NCBI GenBank assembly: GCA_963708075.1
Contig: OY970194.1
Span: 160,001 to 224,000 of the forward strand
Length of the DNA: 64,000 nt
Direction of reading: 5' to 3'
Origin: Sedimentisphaerales bacterium
Lineage (GTDB): Bacteria > Planctomycetota > Phycisphaerae > Sedimentisphaerales > Anaerobacaceae
Shown: in pieces, positions 49,441 through 58,558 of the stretch
Layout: every line of letters starts with the position of its first letter
Position numbering within the stretch: position 1 is the stretch's first letter
The notes under the pieces: model-generated
Told to the model about the DNA's origin: nothing
Database searches by the model: none
Seen by the model: only the letters and a program-made list of their open reading frames with translations
Made by a program: the position numbers and the translations under genes

Positions 49441-50499
49441 TCAAATACTTGTTGTTTTTCCCGCGGAGGTCCTGCCCAGTTGCAGGATTCTGGCCGGTTC
49501 TTCCGGGAACCCTGTGCGCGCGGACAGGTAGGCCGACTCGAGCACCGCCATGTTGTGGAGACCCTCCTGGGCGCTGGTGATCAGGCTCGGCTCCTCCGGG
49601 TTCGTTATGCTTCGTGCGAAGCTGCAGAGCAATCGCCGCATCGTGTCCGGCTCATCCTGGTCATACTGCCATCTCTGACTCTCCCGGCCGGTGCACGTGT
49701 TCAGCGTGACGAGGTCCCCCGTGACCGTCAGTAGGGCATCTTTGCCGTACACTTTCAAGGACAGCTCGTTCGGCCCCACCTCGTTACGGCGCGTGGCGGT
49801 GATGCTGCCCACCAATGTGTCGGTGAATCGCAGGGAAACCACGGAGGTATCCTCCGTGAGGTACAGCCGCAACTGCTTGTCGGGAGCCCCGCTGGCGTTC
49901 AGCGCATACACCTGCTGGGGCACGGGGAAACTCCAGAGGATCTGATCGATGAGCGGGTAGGCGTCATGCAGGAGCACTCCGCCCCCGGCTAGTTGTGGGT
50001 CGGTGTACCAGGAGGGCCGATCCGCTACAGCGATGCTGCAGTACGCTTTGATCAGGTAGATACCCTCGATGTGGCCCTGCAGGATCAACTCGTGTGCGGT
50101 GATGTAGCTGGGATTGAATCTCGCGGGGTTGGCAACGGCGAACTTGACCTTCTCGCTCTCGGCCATCTGCACGTATTCGCCGGCCTCCTCGAAATTCCTT
50201 GCGGGCGGCGCGAGCTTGAGGATGTTGAACTTCCTCTTGATGGCCGTCTTGAGGTGCTCGCCGTAGGCATGGATATCGGTGGCCAGCAACAGACAATCGA
50301 GCTGATTCTGAACGATCAGTTGCCGGTAGTCGGTAAATGCCTCACATTTATATCTGGCGGCCGCCTTCTCCGCCTTCTGAGGGTCCTGGTCAGCCACGGC
50401 CTTGATCTGAAAACAACCGGACCGTGACGCCGCGTCAAGAAGGAGCCAGCCCTTTTGGTCGAGACCGAGTACCGCCGCAGTAAGAGTCTCTGTTGCCAT
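49441..50499 (-). CDS. Gfo/Idh/MocA-fold protein with degenerate motifs
   Basis: Rossmann-like N-terminus, AGGGVLL, TEDTS, AYLSARTG. Confidence 0.8.
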   Translation of the reverse strand: MATETLTAAVLGLDQKGWLLLDAASRSGCFQIKAVADQDPQKAEKAAARYKCEAFTDYRQLIVQNQLDCLLLATDIHAYGEHLKTAIKRKFNILKLAPPARNFEEAGEYVQMAESEKVKFAVANPARFNPSYITAHELILQGHIEGIYLIKAYCSIAVADRPSWYTDPQLAGGGVLLHDAYPLIDQILWSFPVPQQVYALNASGAPDKQLRLYLTEDTSVVSLRFTDTLVGSITATRRNEVGPNELSLKVYGKDALLTVTGDLVTLNTCTGRESQRWQYDQDEPDTMRRLLCSFARSITNPEEPSLITSAQEGLHNMAVLESAYLSARTGFPEEPARILQLGRTSAGKTTSI

Positions 50500-50508
50500 G
50501 CATCGCCA

Positions 50509-51783
50509 TCAATCCCGATTGTTGTTTTTGTGCGGTATGATGAAGTGCTCCGGCACGGGGAACTGCGAGCACAGCAGAAGCACTTCTTTGCCAATTTCCT
50601 CGATCATCGGCTCGTTGTCGATATTCTCGGCCACCCTGTGGATGAACGTGGCGACCTGCCGGGCTTCCGCCTCCTTGAAGCCGCGGGTGGTGATCGCCGG
50701 CGTCCCGACGCGCAGGCCGCTCGGATTGAACGGCGGGGCCGGATCACCGGGGATCGTGTTGTAATTCGAGACGATCCGCGCCCGGTCGAGAGCCTTGGCC
50801 AGCTTCTTGCCGGGAATACCCTTGTTCCTCAGGTCGATCAGGATCAGATGATTATCGGTCCCACCCGAAACGAGATTGAAGCCATACTCAAGAAGCTTTT
50901 CCGCCAGCGCCTTGGCATTCTTGACGATCTGTTTGGCGTAGGCGACAAACTCCGGCGTGTCGGCCTCCGCCAAAGCTACGGCGACCGCCGTCAGCGTGTG
51001 CATGTGCGGGCCGCCTTGAAGACCCGGGAAAACCGCACGATCCACCTTGTCGGCATGTTCCGCCTTGCACAGCAGCATGCCTCCGCGCGGACCGCGCAGC
51101 GTCTTGTGCGTGGTCGTGGATACGATGTCGGCGTACGGCACGGGGCTTTGGTGGATGCCCGCGACCACGAGGCCGGCGATATGTGCGATATCGCTGACAT
51201 GATATGCCCCGATTTCACGGGCGATCTCGCCAAAGGTCTTGAAATCGATGGCTCTCGGATAGGCGGTCGCCCCGGAGATAATGATCCTGGGACGGTGCTT
51301 TTTCGCCAGATCGCGAATGAGGTCGTAGTCGAGCCTGCCCGTTTCCGTGTTGAGGGTATAGGATACGGAGTTATAGAACTTGCTGGTCAGCGAGACTTTC
51401 CAGCCGTGGGTAAGGTGTCCGCCGTGTACGAGCGACATTCCCATGATCATGTCGTGCGGCTCGATGAGAGCGGAATACGCAGCCATGTTCGCTACCGACC
51501 CCGAGTACGGCTGCACATTCGCGTGATCGGCCTTGAAGAGCTTCTTGGCCCGCTCCTGTGCCACCTTCTCGATCAGGTCGGTAACCTGCTGTCCTTCGTA
51601 GTATCGTCTGCCGGGGTATCCCTCGGCGTATTTGTTTGTCAGACAGCTTGACGAAGCCATCATGACGGCCCGTGACACGTAGTTCTCCGACGGGATCAGG
51701 CGGATCGAACCGCTCTGCCGGGTCTCTTCCTGTCGGATGAGCTCGTAGATCTGCGGATCATACTGCTCGAGAGCTGTCCTCAT
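50509..51783 (-). CDS. glyA: Serine hydroxymethyltransferase
   Basis: LIPSEN, NKYAEGYPG, GGHLTHG, TTHKTLRGPRGG, FPGLQGGP. Confidence 0.97.
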   Translation of the reverse strand: MRTALEQYDPQIYELIRQEETRQSGSIRLIPSENYVSRAVMMASSSCLTNKYAEGYPGRRYYEGQQVTDLIEKVAQERAKKLFKADHANVQPYSGSVANMAAYSALIEPHDMIMGMSLVHGGHLTHGWKVSLTSKFYNSVSYTLNTETGRLDYDLIRDLAKKHRPRIIISGATAYPRAIDFKTFGEIAREIGAYHVSDIAHIAGLVVAGIHQSPVPYADIVSTTTHKTLRGPRGGMLLCKAEHADKVDRAVFPGLQGGPHMHTLTAVAVALAEADTPEFVAYAKQIVKNAKALAEKLLEYGFNLVSGGTDNHLILIDLRNKGIPGKKLAKALDRARIVSNYNTIPGDPAPPFNPSGLRVGTPAITTRGFKEAEARQVATFIHRVAENIDNEPMIEEIGKEVLLLCSQFPVPEHFIIPHKNNNRD

Positions 51784-51857
51784 GGTACTTCTCCACACGG
51801 TAACGGCACATCCCTGCCGGCGGCCATGGCGATTGAAGTCAAATAACAATAGCGGCT

Positions 51858-51886
51858 CTTATAGCAGAACCGGCCTTCCTCCACAA
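51858..51886 (-). promoter_or_regulatory. Possible glyA promoter
   Basis: TTGTGG, 17 nt, TATAAG with extended -10 TG on the minus strand. Confidence 0.4.
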
Positions 51887-51947
51887 GCTTTTATTCAGTG
51901 GAGTTCTGCCAAGGTGTGCGGCCGGTATTCGGCGGCAGAACCACGGG

Positions 51948-52655
51948 ATTGGCTTTGTTTCACACGAGCCACCGCCCCCTCCGCTGGCTTTGTTTCACAC
52001 AAGACCCCTTCCTGGATTTGGCTTTGTTTCGCACGACCGCTGAATAGCACGTAACGCCTTTCCTGCAAAGGACTTCCACCACACCCCGCCTCCGCAAGAT
52101 TGGCTTTGTTTCACACAGTAGGGCGGGCGTCCCCGCTCGCCCCGCCCGGCAGGGACAAATTGGCTTTGTTTCGCGCGATACATCCTCCGCTCCGTCGGGT
52201 GTGCCGTGCACACCACCTGTCCGGCAGGGCGAATTGGCTTTGTTTCACAGCCTCGCCCATCCGCTGCTGGCCTTTCAATCCGCAATCCGCAATCCAGGGC
52301 CTCCAGCCCTGCCAATTGGCTTTGTTCCACAGAATGGGTGCTGTCGACCGTTGCAGGCATCGATCCTTCAATCCGCATTTCGCAATCCCAGGGCCCCCGG
52401 CCCACAATTGGCTTTGTTTCGCGCACGGGCCCTCGCGTAGGATGGGCTGTGCCCACCGCCTGTCCGGCAGGCCAAATTGGGTTTGTCTTGCATGATAGCC
52501 TCTGTAGTCCTTTGAGTGAGGCAAATTGGCTTTGTTTCGCGCCGGGTTAGCCACCATGTGGCCCAACCGCCCTCGGCTGGGATCAACCCGAGGCCGGGGG
52601 ACTACCTGACACTTCAAACTTGACACTCCTTTCGATTTGGCTTTGTTTCACAGAT
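51948..52655 (-). repeat. Array of 11 direct repeats (plus strand TTGGCTTTGTTTCRC; minus strand GYGAAACAAAGCCAA) with irregular spacers
   Basis: Cores at about 51949, 51984, 52018, 52100, 52160, 52234, 52316, 52408, 52477 (degenerate), 52526, 52637. Confidence 0.92.
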
Positions 52656-52773
52656 TCGTTCACCCGCTCCCGGCCTTTCAATCCGCAATCCCCAGATCCT
52701 GCCACATGGCCATACGCTCCGACTTACCTGATCTGGCAGTCATTACCCTGTTTTTCCACTATCACACATACGT

Positions 52774-52789
52774 TGCAAATTCTGTGCCA
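52774..52789 (-). promoter_or_regulatory. sigma54 (-24/-12) promoter facing the repeat array
   Basis: Minus strand reads TGGCAC-AGAAT-TTGCA, matching TGGCAC-N5-TTGCW. Confidence 0.7.
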
Positions 52790-53208
52790 GGTGAACACCC
52801 CCGAATCCGGCGTCTCATCCCGGTTGTCGCCCGGGACAGGCAGCCCCATATGGCAGAGCCACTGAAACGCAGATTCCGATTTTGTCATTCCTGCGAAAGC
52901 AGGAATCCAACCTTAGCCGCAGAGGACTCCAGCCGTCTACTGTCAGCCGCCAACTGAGAACTGACAACTGCTCTTTCATCCGCAGATTTCACGGATTTCC
53001 CAGCCCGGCCTTCGGCCGGAACCAATGGCGTTTAACGCTTTGCGGGTACCGGCGGGGAGATGATGGAACCAGGCGGTCAGCCGGGGCTTTCTCCACCTTC
53101 CCCGCCGGTACCTTGAACGCGATAAACGCACGCTTGGCTTCTGCCGTAACACTCGCCTCGGCAATAACTTATGGAGAAGCTGCACAACGATCTGGAAAAG
53201 ACTTTCAC

Positions 53209-53351
53209 CGGCAACACCAAAATCCAAGGCCTGACCCCTTTTCCTCTCCATGAAGTGTGCTGTCCCCGGAATTCCACAATGGCCCGCACCCTAAAAAGTA
53301 CCGTACCCGTTTGATTCCCCTCGGCAACACCAAAATCCAAAGCCTGACCCC
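53209..53351 (+). repeat. 30-bp direct repeat ending in CCTGACCCC (candidate mobile-element end)
   Basis: cggcaacaccaaaatccaa(g/a)gcctgacccc at 53209-53238 and 53322-53351. Confidence 0.8.
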
Positions 53352-53423
53352 GTTTCTCCCTTTTCTCCCGTCAGATTTGACGTATTGGTCGCCGCGTCAT
53401 GGCCGGGCTCGCTGAGAGGGGCT

Positions 53424-53825
53424 CTATGGGTATTCGCTCTGTACCTCCCTCAATATAGAGTCCAGTTCCCCCGCTGGGAATCCGCTCAGACAGTTGCACC
53501 TACCACAGACGAAAGGCAATGTCCCACCGGGAATGGTGGCCATTCCGACCTCGCAAGAAGGGCAATACACGGAGCGTTCATAACCTCCCGAGGGTTTCCG
53601 CTTGAACTTGACGCCTCGGTATTCGACGAACTGGCGGCTCGGCATCTTTTCCTTGAGCATAGATATCTCTTCTCTCGCATTCGCAAGTTCTATCTGAAGA
53701 TCAGCCTTCTCCTTTTCGGCTTTCGCGAGCTCATCTTTCACGAGGCCCAGACGCTCTCTGAGGACAGCGCTTGATCCATGCTCGTTGATCGCTTTTTCGA
53801 GTAGCGACAAAGGATTTAGATTCAC
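53424..53825 (-). CDS. Hypothetical protein: coiled coil plus Zn finger
   Basis: GAGGTG RBS before GTG 53825; heptad-rich segment; CPSC...CGRC. Confidence 0.7.
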   Translation of the reverse strand: MNLNPLSLLEKAINEHGSSAVLRERLGLVKDELAKAEKEKADLQIELANAREEISMLKEKMPSRQFVEYRGVKFKRKPSGGYERSVYCPSCEVGMATIPGGTLPFVCGRCNCLSGFPAGELDSILREVQSEYP

Positions 53826-53935
53826 GATTGACACCTCAACGTTATTCAACCAAGATCATCAGTTGCATCCATTTATTATTGAACGTTCCCTCCACGTCTT
53901 GGCCACTATGGTCTGTCCTTGGCCCTCACGAAAGC

Positions 53936-54607
53936 CTACTTCACAATACTGACTATGACCGCAATAACCGACACTAGAAAGCTAAGCAGCGAAATCGTGA
54001 GTTCGGGAGTCCACTCAATAGGTTTCCGATCACGAAAGAATATCCTGACAAACGGGAACCACTTTTGCCGATATACCTGGATGCCGATCACAGCGAAGGG
54101 CAGGCAAGCTCCGCTCATCAGACCGCAGACCAGCCAATCCTCCCGGCTGAGCGCGAAACCGCCTAATAGGCCAAACAATAACGCCAGCATACCCAGTGCG
54201 ACAGGCATGATCTGCGGCTTCAGCCACCCGTACCATGGTCGTCGAGTGTCAAAGAAGGTGCGTAGCTGAGCGAGTTTGCCATGGTACCAAGTTGCATCCA
54301 TGGAGTGAATCTGGCAGTCTATATAACTGTGATAGCAGGTGAGATGAAGACCCGCCACGATCTCCTTACCGCTCCAATACTGGACTTCCGCACTAAACTT
54401 GTCTGTGTATGGTGGCAGACCACCTCCCAAAAGATCCGTGAGGGAGTCCGCCTTTTTCCTGGTGGAGCCGAGGGTAAACGAGTACTCTGAGTCCACCTTG
54501 GTAAACGTGCCGCCCTCGGACAACAGGGCAGCCAGAGCGAGCAGGTCGGCATTGTACAACACGGCTGGTCCATACCAGACAATCTCACGCAATTCGGTCC
54601 TTACCAT
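53936..54607 (-). CDS. Hypothetical protein with three C-terminal TM helices
   Basis: 223-aa ORF in an AT-richer segment; hydrophobic C-terminal helices. Confidence 0.7.
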   Translation of the reverse strand: MVRTELREIVWYGPAVLYNADLLALAALLSEGGTFTKVDSEYSFTLGSTRKKADSLTDLLGGGLPPYTDKFSAEVQYWSGKEIVAGLHLTCYHSYIDCQIHSMDATWYHGKLAQLRTFFDTRRPWYGWLKPQIMPVALGMLALLFGLLGGFALSREDWLVCGLMSGACLPFAVIGIQVYRQKWFPFVRIFFRDRKPIEWTPELTISLLSFLVSVIAVIVSIVK

Positions 54608-54988
54608 AGGTCGTTACTCACCCATATATTCGGAGACTAAGGTGCCAGGTACATCGTTCGAACTCACTCCTTGGTCTCCAAAGCTGTCACGCTCGACCTT
54701 GACAAAGGCATTGTAGGCGAGACTTGCGCATGTGGCAAGGAAAAAGGCAATCAAGAAGATGGGGCAATAGATTGCAAGACCCGAGGGTCATCCATATAGG
54801 GTTCTTGGCAAGTAAAAAAACACTCTCTTTGAACCGAAAAATCTACCCCTATGAAACATCCGTATTTCGGTCTGCTTGTGTCTGCTGTTGTGCAGCGTGA
54901 CACTAACCTATCGAAACGTCCAGGCTCCATCGCCCTTTTTCGCTCCTGCGAAGTTCGTTGGAGCAACGTGTCGAGTCCGCCGGCCGAA

Positions 54989-55155
54989 ACAGAGGTGGGG
55001 GTCAACAGAGGTGGGGGTCAGACCTACGCATTTCACATTCTGGGAACTCGGGGACATGTGTGAGCAAGCCGTTGTCAAGACGGTCGCGGGATTTTTTCGC
55101 GGAAGTCCCAAACATCTATTCGGCGTCACGCGGTTATGGCCTCGCAAGACCAGAC
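54989..55155 (+). mobile_element. 16-bp tandem duplication plus GGGGTCAG end; possible decayed RAYT-type transposase 5' remnant
   Basis: acagaggtgggggtca twice (54989-55020), then GACCTACGCATTTCACATT and a broken MPRKTR-like start near 55137. Confidence 0.35.
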
Positions 55156-55293
55156 CATGGCTGGGCCGTGTTTCCCTTCTCAGGCCGTCTCCAGGAGATA
55201 CTTGCGGGGCGTGCCCGGCCCTTGCCGCGTGATGTGACCTAGGGCAATCGCCTGTGCGTCATCGGCTTGGTGAGGGGAGTTCGGAGTAGGGCT

Positions 55294-55456
55294 GTTTGGA
55301 GTTCCGCCTTCAGGCGGGTCAGACAGTCCGGCCTTCCTCTTCCCTCCCACGGTTGCAGATGTGGAGCCGGCTGCGCCGGAAGACTCCCCAAACCGCCTAA
55401 AGGCGGAACTCCGAACGGAAAGACTCTCTGGCCCGCGTAAACGCGGTACTCCAAAC
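55294..55456. repeat. REP doublet/triplet (GGAGTTCCGCCTTCAGGCGG family)
   Basis: 55294-55317 is inverted relative to 55393-55416; variant at 55433-55456. Confidence 0.8.
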
Positions 55457-55553
55457 GCGAAGTCCATGCTCACATGCGATTGCTCTGGATCCCCACCCCG
55501 GGGATCGTCCGGCACATTTCAAAGGAGGAAGCAAACGCGATGTGTTGGCGGCT

Positions 55554-55840
55554 CCTCTTTCGTCCCTCACGGGACTGGTTTTATCCTTTGGCCCCGACTA
55601 CCCAGCGATAAATCGCTGGGCTATTGTCTTGCGCCCTACGGGCTTGGGTGGCCTGCCCCGTTCTCTTGCGTCGGCTCCATCCGCCCCGCAGGGGCGAGCG
55701 GCAATAGCCCACCGTTTCAACGGTGGGTGTCGATAGCCCATCATCTCCCAAAGCCCCGTAGGGGCGGCAGAAGACCACCAACGCGATGCATCCCTCTGTC
55801 GCGTGTGGTCGGAATCCGCCACCGAAAGCCGGGCGCACCC
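55554..55840. repeat. Composite palindromic element, copy 2
   Basis: Same ordered palindromes as 48473-48866. Confidence 0.88.
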
Positions 55841-55937
55841 GCCATTTTGCAGAACTCCACTTATTCATTGACAAAATCTGGTCGAAGATTAGGATAGAGA
55901 AGTGATACATCATACGAGTAGATAACGACTTAACGCT

Positions 55938-58063
55938 ATGCCACAGGCAAACGGTCAAGGGCCGGCCAGGGCTTTTTTCGAACGAGCACGCCAGGCCGCC
56001 GAGGCGGGGGACTACGACCGGGCTTTTGACGCGTACCTTCAGGGCATTCGCCATACGCCGGATGCCGTTTCGGAGGGACACATCGAGCTCCGCGTTCTCG
56101 CTCTGCGCCGACAGCAGCAGGGCGGGGCCAGGCCTTCGGAGGACGAGGCCAATCAGCGGCTGTCCGAGGGACGCACGCCCCTGGAGAAGCTGCTCAATGC
56201 CGAGTACTTGCTCGCCAAGGACCCTGAGAACCTGGTGTATGGCGAGGCCGTGCTGCGAGCTGCCGTGGCGGGGGGATACCGGCAGGCCGCCGGCTGGATG
56301 GCCGATCTGATGTTCCTGGCCAATAATAACGCCAAGAAACCCTCTGTGCCGCTGTATATCCTGTTGAAGGACTCGTATGCGTCGATCGGTCAGATGGATC
56401 GGGCGGCGGCCGCCTGCCAGAGGGCACTGCGGCTGAAGCCGGGCGATGACAAACTGACGGCCGACCTCAAGCAACTCAAGGCCAGGCTGTCCGCCGGTGG
56501 ACGCAGGATCACCCGGCAGGCAGCGGCACCTCCCGGGGATACGAGCGGTGCCAAATCGCAAAAGGCAAGCGTGCCGGTGGGCGATCTTGACGCATCTGCG
56601 GGCGCTCTGGTCACGGAAGCCATGCGGGCGGCGGCTGTGGGCGCGGCGACGGAGCAGAATATGGCGGAGGCGACGGCATTTTTTGGAAAGGCCAAAGCCG
56701 CGGCCGAGGGCAAGAACTACGATTATGCGATAAATCTGTACCTGGAAGGGCTGCAACGGGCCCCGGAGGCGCTGGAGGAGGGCCATCTGCCCTTGTGCGA
56801 GTTGGGGCTGCAGCGGCGCGGCAAGGGCGGCAAGAAACCATCCATGGTCGAGCGGGTCAAGCGGATGCGCGGCAAGAACCCGCTGGAGCAGATGCTCAAT
56901 GCGGAATACCTTTTCGTAAAGGACCCCGACCATCTGTCGTACGCGGAGGCTATGCTCAAGGCGGCTATCGACGGCGGCTTCAACAAAACGGCCCATTGGA
57001 TCGCCAACCTGATCTTCCAGACCAACAATGCGATTGAGAAACCCTCACTGCAGACCTATCTCTTGCTCAAGAGCTCTACGCGGCGCTTGGACAGTACGAC
57101 AAGGCGGTGGCGGCCTGTCAGCGCGCGTGCCGGATGAAGCCTGAAAGCAAAGAACTGGCCGATGAGTACAAGAACCTCTCCGCCGAGCTGACGATGTCCA
57201 AGGGCAAGTACGACGTGAACGGCGATTTCCGCCAGTCGATCCGGGACCGCGATACGCAAGCCAAGCTCTACGCGCAGGATCGCATCATCAAGACCGAGGA
57301 TTACCGCACGTCGGCCGTGGAGGACGCGCGGAGGGCCTATGCCCGCGACCCGGATCAGCCCCGGCACATCTTCACTCTCGCCGATACCCTGGCGGACCTG
57401 GAGACGGACCAGGCGGAGAATGAGGCGATCCACCTGCTGGACAACGCCTACGGGATTCATAAGGACTTCAATTTCAAGGAGAAGGCCGGCCTGCTGAGGA
57501 TCCGGCAGATCAAGCGGAAACTGCGGGAAGCGAGAAAGCAGGATGAAGCGCAGCCGGACGATGCCAGGGCCAGGGCACGCGTGGAAGAGGTGGTCGCTGC
57601 CCTCAATAGCGCCGAGGCGGAGCATTACCGGCTCTGTGTCGAGCACTACCCGACCGACCTGGCGATGAAGTATGAGTACGCGGTCCGGCTGATGCGGGCA
57701 AAGCGGTTCAATGAGGCGATCCCCCTGTTCCAGGATGCCCAGAAGGACCCCAGGCACAAGATCCCCGCCATGGACAAGATCGGCTATTGCTTCTTCATGA
57801 AGGGCTGGTATGCCGATGCCGTGGATGTCTTCCTGCGGGCGATTGAATCCTACGAAATAAATGATGATGCAATTGCCAAGGACTTGCGGTATAATCTGGC
57901 TCGTGCGTACGAAGAGCAGGGCGAAAAAGAAAAGGCCCTGGATGTCTATCGCAAGATCGCACAGTCGGACTTCGGCTACAAGGACGTCAGCGAACGGGTG
58001 GACCGGCTGCGGGCGGACCCGAAGAAGGCCGGTCCCGGAGCGGGAACCTCCGCCGACGCGTAG
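55938..58063 (+). CDS. TPR-repeat protein with a duplicated N-terminal module, frameshift near 57070
   Basis: TPR-like helices; adding one G at aag[g]agctc gives LLKELYAALGQYDKAVAACQRAC, matching the first module. Confidence 0.85.
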
Positions 58064-58144
58064 TCGTTTGTCCCGTAGTTCAGGTGGACCAACCTCTCAG
58101 TAAGTGTTGTTTGATAGTCGTGTTGAGATATTCAGGAGAACGAA

Positions 58145-58429
58145 GTGGCACATTCTTTATCGGCAAAGAAGAGAGTGAGACAGAACACCAAGCGGCGTGG
58201 GACCAACCGGGCCCGAAGAAGCGAAGTCAAGACCTTGATCAAGCGTTTTGAGACGACCATGGGCGAGGGTAACGCAAAAACCGCGGACGAGGAGCTCCAC
58301 GCCATTGTCAGAAAGCTGGACAAGGTGGCCAATACGAGCACGATGCATAAGAAGACGGCCGCCCGCAAGAAGTCGCGCCTGACCAAGCGGCTGAACGCCC
58401 TGAAGGCCAAGCCGGCCGCTTCCGCCTGA
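58145..58429 (+). CDS. rpsT: 30S ribosomal protein S20
   Basis: MAHSLSAKKRVRQ, LDK, HKKTAARKKSRL; AGGAG RBS. Confidence 0.95.
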   Translation: MAHSLSAKKRVRQNTKRRGTNRARRSEVKTLIKRFETTMGEGNAKTADEELHAIVRKLDKVANTSTMHKKTAARKKSRLTKRLNALKAKPAASA

Positions 58430-58504
58430 GCACCCACACCGCGGCGGTTGCCTCACCGGTGCGTTGCCGTTAAGAGGGCAGACAGTAGACGATACTGCGA
58501 AATC

Positions 58505-58550
58505 AGCAGCACTCAGTCGGTTGGAATATCGACTGCGTGCTGCTTTCGTT
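58505..58550 (+). terminator. Hairpin between rpsT and rnr
   Basis: agcagcac.cagtcg / cgactg.gtgctgct stem with a weak T tract. Confidence 0.4.
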
Positions 58551-58558
58551 GGTGAGCT

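Noticed and set aside
51948..52655. CRISPR array
   Set aside because: The repeat core is only about 13-17 nt, spacing is highly irregular, spacers resemble each other, and no cas genes are in the window
51960..52957. Short ORFs across the array (ETKP/KQSQ/NKAN/WLCF peptides)
   Set aside because: They are translations of the DNA repeat in shifting frames; unit lengths are mostly not multiples of 3
53350..54700. Integron gene cassettes
   Set aside because: No RYYYAAC...GTTRRRY attC structure or integrase was found
7984..57070. Programmed frameshifting or phase variation
   Set aside because: No slippery heptamers or long repeat tracts; unrelated genes are affected in the same way, which fits sequencing indels
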